From NCBI GenBank assembly GCA_051294375.1, contig CM119269.1, forward strand, positions 16,825,030 to 16,889,029: a stretch of DNA of 64,000 bases, given 5' to 3'. Every line of letters begins with the position of its first letter. Position 1 is the first letter of the stretch. The translations under genes were made by a program, and so were the position numbers. The DNA is from Paraspadella gotoi (lineage: Eukaryota; Animalia; Chaetognatha). This document shows, piece by piece, positions 1 to 12,161 of the stretch. The notes beneath the pieces are model-generated. The model had not been told where the DNA came from. It made no database searches and saw nothing but the letters and a program-made list of their open reading frames with translations.

Positions 1-3000
1 GCGCGTGCGCAGATCCTCTACGTAGCAGAGGGCGGGGCGGAGAGGNNNNNNNNNNNNNNNNNNNNNNNNNAAATTATTAAAAAAAATGAGATCCACCATT
101 TCGTAATTCTACAGACTACCCTTTTACACTAAAATAGCTATGTACACCCTCAACTTGATTTGTTATATTTGTTATTTTTTCACAACGCTCCTAGTATATG
201 TATGCTATCAGAATATCCTTTGCGTTTTCTACAATCTGCTAATAAAAAGAATAAATTAAAAAAAACTAAAAGTCAAAACAAATAACAAGTAAACAACCAC
301 ACATCAATAATATAAAATAGCCAGCAGTATACAGTAACAACCAGAAACTAGTAGCAGTCTGCCAGCAAACAATCGCATCCTCTTCCTCACCAGGCGTCTC
401 CGATCTGATCGCTCTTTTGTGCCATGCATCCCGCCGCCTCCCGTTCAAACCAACGGCCTTGGAACGGGTGCCTTCGTTCTTTCCTCACGTATTAGGGGAC
501 ATTTTTCGGGTTTTGGGCTGCAAGAGGGATCTTTCGTCGATCGGACTCTTCTTTTATTAGCGTAAGGAGGATTTCGTCTCTTTCGCAGATATATCCTCTA
601 CCGTTATGCCCAGCACTCTTGAGAAAGAGTCGACAAGTTGTTACTCTGAGTTGAGAGGGGGGAGGTAGAGAGAGAAGAGAGAGACGAGAGAGAAGTATCG
701 GGAGAATGATGGTGGAGGGGGTGTGGGTTTCCGAAGGAGAGAGGAGGAACGCGGGTATTAGAGAGAGGCGATGAGAGTTGAGGAGCGAGAAGAGTGAGAA
801 GATAGAGAGGGAGGAAAGAAAGTGAGAAAAACAAAAAGAAAGAGAAGCTAGATGGATATCGGCTCCAATATTCCAATGAAACCGCCCGAACGGAAAAAAA
901 AAATTCTAACGTGACCACATTAAATGTGAGGCTTTTAGCTTCTTGTGTTTCAAGGAAAAAAGAAATAAAAAAAAGACTTATATCGGTTTTCCCTTTTTTT
1001 CCTTTTTTTTTGGTTTTTTTTTTTTTGTTAGTTCTCCATTACAAATTCTTTCACTGTTTAGTTAGATTTTCGTTTACAAAGCTTTTTTTTAAAAATTGTC
1101 TCAGCAATAATTTTCGCTCGGGATTTGTCACAGCTCATTAACTCAAATTATCCAGCGTTCATGGGCAGCAACTCCCCAAAGCGAGAGAGGAACTTGGGAG
1201 TCGCAGAGAAAATACCGATAATTAATTATGCAAATTAGTTTGTTTTTTTTCTAACTGCGACGCCTAACTGCGTTTGATTTTATAGTCCTTACATATTGAT
1301 ATTCTAAAACTTTTTTTTATAAAATCTGCAAACCGGATTGTAACTAAGTTCCATCCGCTTAGCGGCGATGACAAATGACGGAAAAAAGTAAAAATTTGCT
1401 TTTTAGCTTTTATAATATGTTTTTTTCGTAATGAGAAGTGGAGGCGGAGAGAGAGAGCAGAGAGATGAGAGAGAGAGAGAGACCGAAGCACGACGGAGGG
1501 GAGAGAGACGAGAGAGAATTGCACCGACACCGCCGGGGGGCAGTTGAAAAGGCCCGGATTGGCGAAGTTGAAAAGTGATTAGAAGACTTAATCATTCACA
1601 TTCGATAAGATTTTTTTACTCAAAAAGGCAGGTTATTCCCAACGGGGCCTCGCAGAAATAAAGAAAAAAATAATACGAAAACAAGAGGAAGGGTTGGGCT
1701 AATTTCCGACTTTTCCGTCGATCTGCGGATTTCCCGCGTTAACTTTACTTGTTTATGCCTTCAACCACACCCGCTCATCTTTGATTCATTAGCCTCCAGG
1801 GTCCAGGCGCTCAAAAAGGGATTCTGAATTCGGAGAAAGTCGAGAAAAAAGCGGCAGAGGAATTTTCCAAAGAATAAGTAGCATGTTTTTATTTGCGAAG
1901 GTTCTATCGAGTCGCGGCGCAGAGATGTCGCTTTGTTGCAAAGTTTTGGAATATACAAAGGCGGACAGCGAAGCGGCCGAACTCGACTTTTAATTTATAA
2001 TTTTATTTTCAAAAATTCATGGCAATGCAAATGCGTTTCTTTCGAAGCCCTTTGAAAATATGTTTAACCACTTAGATTTTTGTCAAGTATCTCGCCACAT
2101 TCGTGCCGTAGTAGCTCGAAAAATGTGAGTCTTTAAATCACATGCATCGTCTTTCCCAAATTTTCAGCGTTAAAGTTCTTAAGCTTCTTTATTTACGGCA
2201 TTTATCACACTTCTTTTTTCTAAGTAGAAGTTGTCATTGAAATTTAACCAAAAATCCTTCAACCGACTTTAAATTGACTAAAAGTCTGCGGGTTTTTTTC
2301 GCACGCGAAGACGAAACCTGGAAAATAACTCAAATTCCTAAACAACAAAATACGAAACAAAAAAAAACACAGAGAAATCCAATGACGAAATTAAGCAAAT
2401 GGAAAAACTTAATCTGAAAACATAAATTCCGTCTTTGATACATTCGATTCTATTTTGATCCTAATTGTAAGATTATTTTACATCGTTTTATATTCACGAA
2501 AAAAAAAGCACTTAGGGTAGTATTTCCTAAATCCGGGCCGCAGTCAGAAAAACAAAGTTGCTATGTCCTTAAGAGGATTAGCGGGATGTTCGCTCGTCGT
2601 CGTCGTTGTACTCACCCGCACGATTAACCACGCACACGGATCCTTATTCAATGGAATTTCTTAATTTAGCTGAAAAGGTGGACGATGTTGTTCATTAAGT
2701 AGTGGGCGTAGTTTAATGGGCAACGTTACATGCCAACAAGTTTACCCTGAATAATGGTTGTACTTTTTAAATTTATTAAAGCTTAACCATAAACAATAAT
2801 TTTTTTCTTTCACGACTCAAACTATAACTCCGAATGTTGCATGACAAATAACAAACAACTGGGGTAATGACAGCGAAAATCTTAACACGCTGTGTTTGTC
2901 AGCTAATATTGTAATATTTATTTCCATGATACGCAAAGAAAGAAAGAATTTGTCATCTATGTATTAAATAATTACTTTATTTAAACAGGACAAATTGAAA

Positions 3001-3359
3001 TGGTGAAATTTTTAGATTATTTTAAGAAAAAAGAATAGAAAACAGGGGAAGAGGGAAAAAAATATGACGAAATTGGAAGCATGGAAAAAAAAACAAAAAT
3101 GGTGTTGAGGACAAGTGAAGAAAGAAAAGGGTGGAAAGAAGAGAAATAGGGACAAAAATTACTGAACAGAAATTAGATGGAAGAGACGATAGTCCGAACC
3201 AGACAAAGAAAAAAAGACTAGGAGTAAAAGGAACAAAGGCATGAGAAAGAAAAAGAAAGAAGAAGAAAAGGAGTTTGTGGAAAGAATAATAATGGGAGAA
3301 GAATGAGTGGAATCACACACGCTTAACTTCTGTTACATCTGCCTTATTATTCTTCTGAT

Positions 3360-4760
3360 CCACGGAGGAATGCGGCGCTCAACACATGTTATGCGAAGTG
3401 AGAAACAGCTTTTTGGTCCATCATCACTTTTCTTGGGTGCGGTAAAAATATAAACATACGAGAGGGAATAATATACATAATGTATATTGATAATATAATA
3501 TATGTTTTGTTTTGTTTTGTTTTGATTAATCTTTGTCTCATTTGATTGTTTTTCGTCCGTGAGGATCACTGGTGACGGGTAACAGACAAAAAAATCCTAA
3601 CGGCGGATAAAAATAAGACATCGTTATATAGATTCTTTACTCTGTGTGTTTTTTTTGTGACTATCAGGTCTCAATCGTATGTCTCTACTCTTCTGCCTCC
3701 TGGTCCGTCTTCTGTTCCTTCGCTCGGGCTCTTCGCTCCTCTTTCCTCCCTCCTCGCTCCTCCTCACTTGTGCTCGTCTTTCTTTCCTTCCTTCTTTGTC
3801 GCTCAATCTGCTCAACTCCTCTCTTTGTTGTGTTCTTTGCTCCGGTCCTCTCGTCTCGCTCGTCGTCTCTCTGCTCTCGCGCTTCCAAAACGGCGCCGTT
3901 TTTTTAAAGCCTTTTTATTCCCTCCTCTCACCCTCCCCTCTTCTCTCCCTTTTAATAATACATCCATAACCGTTATTTCCTGCGATCGTTATTTCGGTCT
4001 GAGCTTTCTCTGTCTCTCTCCTCTCGTTCTCGTCTCTCTCATCTCTATCTGCTCCCTCTCTTCTTCAGTATATACGACATTTTTCCATTCCTGCTCTCGT
4101 GCTCTCTTCCTTGTCCTCTCTTCCTGGGCGCTAGTCGCCGTGTCGTCTCTCTCTTTTTCTATCCTGTGGTTTCTCCAGACGAGAAACTAAATCTCCTCGC
4201 TCTACATACTTCTCATACTTTCTTCTCATACAGATTGTCCTCTTCGATGCCTCCCTCCTCGCGGGCGTGGCTGCTGATGTTTATTTCGCGTCCTCTGACT
4301 GCGCATTCTTCTCCTCTCTCACTCCTTAGGTTGAGAGTTTTAATCTTCTTCTTTCTCNNNNNNNNNNNNNNNNNNNNNNNNNACCCCGTAACTTCTTTTA
4401 CACTCCTTATTTTCTCAAACCACGAATGCGGGTCACGTGACGCGAGAAAAACTTTTGGTTTCCATCATCATTTTTCTTGGTGCTCTAACATGGGGGACTC
4501 TTCTTTTGTTTTGTTTTGTTTTGTTTTGTTTTGTTTTGTTTTGTTTTGATTAATCTTGTCTCATTTGATTTGTTTTCGTCCGTGAGATCCTGGTGACCGG
4601 TCGCTCCAACGTATCATCGATTTGGCTCACAGTTGTGAACAGGTCAAGAGTCACTCGGTCGTCGCCTCTGCCGACCGGCGCTTTCGTCAACCTTGCTCAA
4701 CCGGCGTCTTCGTCAGCCGGCGCCTTCGCCCCAAAAACGGCGCCGTTTTTTAAATTTATC
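3360..4760 (+). repeat. Noisy direct duplication on either side of the 25-N gap 4358-4382 (~3360-3910 vs ~4420-4755)
   Basis: Both copies contain tccatcatca.ttttcttgg, (ttttg)n-attaatctt(t)gtctcatttgatt, ttttcgtccgtgag and aaaacggcgccgtttttt(t)aaa in the same order. Confidence 0.8.
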
Positions 4761-5131
4761 CCCCCCCCNNNNNNNNNNNNNNNNNNNNNNNNNNNNNNNN
4801 NNNNNNNNNNNNNNNNNNNNNNNNNNNNNNNNNNNNNNNNNNNNNNNNNNNNNNNNNNNNNNNNNNNNNNNNNNNNNNNNNNNNNNNNNNNNNNNNNNNN
4901 NNNNNNNNNNNNNNNNNNNNNNNNNNNNNNNNNNNNNNNNNNNNNNNNNNNNNNNNNNNNNNNNNNNNNNNNNNNNNNNNNTCGTTGTTACGCGGGGAGG
5001 TGGGGGGGATGTTGAATAATTTATGTTAAAGTTAATCTTTTGCGTGAAATTGCTAGAGGTTCGGAATCAAGATTGAGATCGATAATAAAATAGTTAACTT
5101 ACCAGTGCGTCTTCTCCGTCGACGACTCTTA

Positions 5132-5132
<1 letters not shown>

Positions 5133-5165
<33 letters not shown>

Positions 5166-5400
5166 TTCAGCGTCCGATAAAATTTCCGATACCAAGATGC
5201 GAACAAAGACGAATCGTCGATGACCCAAAATGCGAGCAACGACGAAGTCGACGCCGTCTCCTCAGTTCTATTTTTAGACGCTTCCCCGGACGTCACCAAT
5301 CTTTATTCCTTGAGATGCGTTAGGAAGGAAACGACGAGGATGATGATGATGATGATGACGATGATGATGATGACGATGATGATGATGAAGATGATGAAGT
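5133..5400. repeat. (CGT)n and (GAT/GAC)n trinucleotide tracts; similar tracts at ~15530, 33515, 35320-35460, 37550 and 44330
   Basis: Direct reading. Confidence 0.9.
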
Positions 5401-6151
5401 TGTGATGTTGCGATCTGTCGATGTTACTGTTACTGTTTTAAGATGGTTCGATGAAACGATGTTTCGATGTCGCGATGATCTTGTACCATGACGTTGAAAA
5501 TATCTGGAGACGAAGAGAACCGTCGATAATGAATAGAAACGGTTGATTGGTCGACCCCCGCCAACTGTGAATATTGAATAATGAGGTAGGAGCGACGCCC
5601 CCAGGCTGAGGACTGAGAATAGGAGCGATCGGAGAGCAATGGAGCGGTTGAAGAGAAGTGGAGACCGGAGTGAGATTGGAGTCGACCGCGAAGTCTTTCT
5701 CTCACTCTCCAAATAAATGAGCATCGATTATTGAAGTGTTTATGTGTGGAGGAAGTCGGTCGGTCTGTCGCTGACAAATGTCTTCATTTGGCGCTGATTT
5801 CGAACGAGAAGAATTTAATGCGACCACGAAGTTTGTCCAGTTCCTGTTGACGATTGACTCGAATTGTTTTTTTTAAATTGAGTATGTATGAATGTATGTA
5901 TGAATCGAGTTGTTTATCGAGGGAGTAGAGGGGCGGGAGGGGATGAAATACTATTCTTACATGTCTATATATTCCTTCATAAACATCGCGTTTGTAAACG
6001 AGATTGTAAAGTTCAAGAGGGCTTTGTCTTTTGAAGGAAAAAAAATGGAACGTAACCGAGTCGTATGGCAGAGACTGGCATGCCAATTGTGTGACGGCAA
6101 AAACGCCAACACCGTGGAATTCGAATGGCCTGGAACAATAAAAGCCAATCA

Positions 6152-6420
<269 letters not shown>

Positions 6421-7242
6421 TATATTTCTATAATTTTTTATACTTTTTTTTCTCAACTCATTTTTTTCCATACTCTCTATCCCTTCCTCTCTCACGCTCT
6501 CTGACAGCTTCGGATAAAAGTTTAATCAAGTCATAAAATTTGAAGGATAAATGAAGCGAAACAGTTGGAACGAAATAACTAAGTCAAATAAAAGCGACAG
6601 AGAATCCACTTCTGCGCGTATTAATTAAATTTTAACTCTACTAATGTATAATGTTTAACATCTGTAAATGTATTTAAACTGTTCGTTAAATAGATCCAAG
6701 TCAGTTTTGGGAACAAATTTTTTTAAAAAAATTGTCGGTTAATGCTAACAGCAAAACAATTTTTTTGTTAAAACCTTTAAATTTAAGTTTAAATTTAAGT
6801 TTGATTTAGAATAATACATGTATAATTGTATATGAACTTTCCGATGAACATAATAATTATAATTAACAAAAGCAAAAGCATAAAAATTAAAACCAAACCA
6901 AACTATTATTCTCAGACAAACGAAAACTGACTGACTGAAGGACGAAATAACAAAATAGAAAAGAATGCAAAATATTAATTTTGACAACTCACGGAAATAA
7001 TTCGCTGACTTTGGTTCGTTGGAACAGCCACAATTTTTGTTTTGTTTTTTTATTGGTGGTTTTTTTTGTCAACGATGAAAATTGTATCTTGCTTTCGTTT
7101 AGAAGTAAATATCTTTTTTTCAATAATTGAGATATAAAAAGTAAAAAAAAAGTTGTGAGTGAATGTAATTTTTTCATCGAAGTTCGTGAGTTGATTCGCG
7201 AGTCACGAGACGCGATGCCACGAGCTTCACGCGGCGCCCATT

Positions 7243-7467
<225 letters not shown>

Positions 7468-8784
7468 TTCTGGTTTTCGCTTATTAAAAAAAGCCTCGAG
7501 CGGAGGGTTTTATATAATAATGTATCAATGTATCCCGTACAAAACTCACTTACCCTATCATTTGTCTTTTTTTATATTTTTATGTCAATCATAAACTTTA
7601 TTTTGTCGGCATTAATATGTAAAATAATTTTTTAAAAAATATTTTTCTTTTCGCGCCCATCATTGTCGTCCCTGCAAATGTACTTTTGTTGTTTTTTGTG
7701 TCACTCATCGCTGTCGAACACATGAAGAGACATCTCTTGATTAAAAAAAAATAAATTGTTCTTTTGCTTTTTTTGAAAATATTTGTATATATTTTATTAA
7801 GCACATTTTTCTGCTTATTTGAGATTTTTCAAGACGCATATAAAAGGCAAGCTGGTAAGGTTTTTAAAGTCCTTAAACCATATTCTAAATCATAAGTTAA
7901 CTTTAAATTTCATGAACATTTCTAATTTAAATAACTTGTCATAAATCCAATATCATGTTTCATAATAGGAGGTTGCTTGCCTTTTGTTTTCGTCGGAATC
8001 AAAAAAAGAAACTTTACTGACATCTCAAGTATTTTTCGAAGAAACACTGTCTTCATTGCTCATTTTTTTACATAATATATGGCAAACGTTAACCTTATCG
8101 CTTTTCTTAATTTTAATTTATTCGATAATCTTCATTTCTTTCAAATTACCCGTTCAACAGTATGGAATCATAGAGAGAAGACAAAATCGTCATTATCATA
8201 ATCGGATAGATAATAACTGACAAGTACGCTCTATCGTGTTATCAAAATAATTATCCAACGTACAATGTATACAAATTTGTTTAAACGTAACTCTCATCTC
8301 GCGGGAAGCGAGTTTGTTGTTTGTCCTATGTCAGTAAACGAAAACTGAAATTGCATCAACTCCGCAGAAACCGAAGTGTTCCCAAGCAAGATTTGGAGCG
8401 GGGGCTGTATGTAGACGAAGAACCGCCGAGACGACGATGACAACGACGATGGCGGAGACAACGACTGCGCAGGCGCGAACGAGATGAAATCGATTCTTTC
8501 ACGGTCTTCACTTCTTCCAACTCGTTCCTTGGCTCCTCCCAGCGTGTCGGTCATCCCGCTCTATCTTTCGTCGCCACTCCTTTCACACAAGTGCACACCA
8601 TTGCCCTCTCTTGTATGTCTTTATCTTGTTCTCAACCCTTTTTTTTCCTTTTTCAACAACTCCCTCTCCAACTGTTGCCCCATGTAACTTTTATAAACTT
8701 TCAACGCCATCCTTTTAAAACATCTTTTCCGAAAGCGCCCTTTTTCAGCGAAAATTTCGATTTTAGTAAGTTTTTAAGTTTAAA

Positions 8785-8970
8785 GATAAGGTTATGGGTT
8801 AGAGATATGGGTTAGGTTGGGGATTAGCTTAGAGATTTGGTTAAGGATTATGTTTTAGAGTTGAAGGTTTCGGGTTAGAGATCAATGATTATGGTTACGG
8901 ATTAGGGTTAAAGTTAGAGATTGGGTATCTGGGTTAAATGTTTGAGTTAAGATTAATAATAGGATTAGGA
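8785..8970 (+). repeat. Degenerate TTAGGG/TTAGAG-like tract
   Basis: Recurrent gggttag, ttagag, ttaggg and ggttaa units with ~6-bp periodicity; few perfect units. Confidence 0.55.
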
Positions 8971-9143
8971 ACAGAAGTGGGATGCTTTTAGAAAATAGTG
9001 CCCAACCCTCGTCCCTTTCCTCCATCCCTTTTCCATCCTCCCACTGATGCCCTCAAAAGAGTTGGTAGTCAATGAGACGAAAAAAATGTTCTGCCTCAAC
9101 ACAATTTGCCGCTGATTTGGTTAAGTTTCTTTTCTCCCGCTCG

Positions 9144-9202
<59 letters not shown>

Positions 9203-10418
9203 CATGTCTTTCTCCCTCTCTTTCTATCTCTCTCATTTATTCTTATACTATCTCTTAGTCTCACTTTCTTTTTCGCTTTTCCAGCGCTTCGTTTAAAGAG
9301 ATGACTAGTTTTATATAAAAGTAGATAAAAAAACAATAACATTTAAAAAATAGTAAATTAAAAAAGACCTGAAATTCTATAATCCCATCAGGGTCCCCGT
9401 TGTTGCTACTTGGTAAAAGTCATTAAAATAAATTAACAACTCACTGTCCAACGATCTAATGACATCTACCGACAAATAAAAAGATTCATAGTCAATCTGC
9501 AAGCGTCGGCGACTTTGCGCAATCGCAGCTGGAAGGTCCCTCTCCCGACATCAAAAACGAAGACTGACCCTTTGACGAAAGAACCGGATTGTCCACTTCA
9601 GCACTTTCCTTCTTTCTTTCTTTCCTCCCTTCTTTTTTTTTTCTTTTCTTACTTTTTCTCCATTTTCGTTTATTTTTCTTTTTTTTTTCTTTCGCTACTT
9701 TTTTTTATCATTTTCTCGCCGAAAGATAAAATCTCTTTTTCCGGTTGATTCATCATTTTCATCAACGCTTTTTTTTTCTCTTTTTTTTTCTCCCTAACAT
9801 TTTTCTTTCTTTCTCTCTCGCTCTCTCTTTATTTATTTAATTTTTTTATTTTATTTGCAGAAATTTAATCAACTTTTCTGCTTTTCGACTTTTAATGGCT
9901 AAGTTGATACTTTTTTGAAGTATATTCGATATTTAGTAGCTAAGTTAAGTTTAGTAGTTAAAGCGCAGCAAGTAAGACGAGCGCGACTGTTGAGCGTAAA
10001 ACTTAGTGATAATATACTTCGAGTTTTAATGACAACCATTGACACTCGTCTTGAAAATTATATCAAAATTATATCAAAATTATATCGACTAAAGTTGCGC
10101 TCTTCTCAATAAGTAAATGGTCAATCCACGAAATTCTTTTTTATTCATTCCCTTCTACCTAGAATTCGGCAGTCTAGAGTCAGGAGGCTTATTAAATGAA
10201 TTTTTCAATTTGACATTAGTTGTATCGATTTCATGAAATTTCATAATTCTTGTTATTCATCGCTAAGAAACACAAAATTTGATCTTTGTCCACATCTGTA
10301 GTCGATTCGCTGTCATTGGAATTAGTCAGAATATTGAGTCCTAACACTTAACTCTGTGCAAAAGTGGTTTGGGGCTTTGGCCCGTCCAGTTGCGAATTTC
10401 GTGAGGATGTCATTAACG

Positions 10419-10509
<91 letters not shown>

Positions 10510-10747
10510 AGATGAAAAAGGGTGTTTCTTCCTCACCACTCCAGTTCCTTATTATTACCATTTCACCATTTCACTATTTACCTCTTCACTGTTCATTGTG
10601 ATGCAACCTCCCCCCCAGCCGCCCTTCCATTCTATCTCAGCCTCAAATCCCATCCACCGCCAACATCTAATTTTCATTCCATTCGAGCGAATGTCTACCA
10701 ATAAAGTTGCCGCCCACGAAAGAGTCTTCGACTTCGACTCCAATGAA

Positions 10748-10789
10748 GCTGCCGCTGCCGCTGCCGCTGCCGCTGCCGCTGCCGCTGCC
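10748..10789. repeat. (GCTGCC)7 hexamer repeat
   Basis: Direct reading. Confidence 0.95.
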
Positions 10790-12161
10790 ACTATCTGCGA
10801 CGGCTCCGCGTCATCGTCCTACAGCCTTTACGCCTGAGCAACCATAAGGTCAGGGGTTCGATCCCGAGACATTTTGAAATGTTTTTTATCGCGATGCGTG
10901 GGTTATGTTTACGAATCCGTTATTGTTTTCTCCATGGACCGATGCAACCACAACAACCCAAATTTCAACTTTTTTCTGCACATTTTAGTTAGCATTGGAC
11001 TTATCTTTACTTACCGCAATCGTAGAACGGACCAGAGCGCTCAAAACAATTCCAATGGCGATAAAGTAGAAATTCTCGCTTTCCTCATGAAAAAGCCACT
11101 TTTTTCATTCGTATCCTGCTAAGTATACTTATAGTAATAGTATCATCACAATTTTCTACAGTCTTATCGCCAATTTCTGGTCACTGTTTACTTCACATTC
11201 TGATTTTTTACTACATCAGGTCAAAGTTCACCACCCTATTTAACGAGAATTTTAACTCTATTTAACATGTCCTTTAAATGGACTTCATATACTTTATTTA
11301 CTTCAAATCCTTTAAATCTTTCACACTAACATAAATATATTAAAGACTTCATATGCTTTACCTCATTGAAATCTTTCAGACTTACAGGAAATTCATGCTT
11401 CAATTTTACATGCAACTGATTAGTGCCTTACTCTTTTAATCTTCTGCTTTTTTTTTCTAGTCAGACTATTTTTCTTAGCACTAAATACAAAGACCAAAAC
11501 TTAGATGTTGACGATTGGTAATTTCAAAAAACAGTTTTGTTAACAGTTAATTAATTTATTTTAATAGTTGATTTCAGTTAATTTTTAATGATGAATTTTT
11601 TTATTTTCTATCATAAAATTTTTAATTTTCATAAGAATAGTATTGTTTCCCTTTCTTTTTACCTCTCTCTCTCTTCTTAATTTTCATTTAACTTTTTGTC
11701 AAACCATTAAATATTTTAGTTTGTTCTAAATATTATTATTTTAAATATCAAGTTAAATTATAAAATTAACTAATTTTAACTATTAACATTTAAAGATGTT
11801 GATTTTTAATGGTTAATGGAAGTTTCTGAAAAATTAACGGTTAACGAACACCGAGACGTGATGATCTCACTTTGAAAATTAAAACGTTTCTCGAAATATA
11901 ACAAAAATTTTCAGGAGGAAATCTTTCAAATTAATAGGAAACTTAGGATACAATTTTTTTGTATTTGCAACACAGATTAAGAATATTCCAATTTCATTTT
12001 TTTCCATATTCATAACGGTATAATAGTATTTTCCTTCGTTGTTATGACTTGTTATGACTCACTTAATGAGGATCAGGATCAGGAGGATTTGACAAGATTT
12101 TTCGGAAATCTTTACAACATTCCAATGTCCTTGCAAAATAATTAAACGTAAATTGGAAGGT

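Noticed and set aside
5960-6150. Peptide with a CxxC motif (LACQLCDG)
   Set aside because: A single CxxC with no second metal-binding pair and no clear splice or start signals; the frame runs into a microsatellite.
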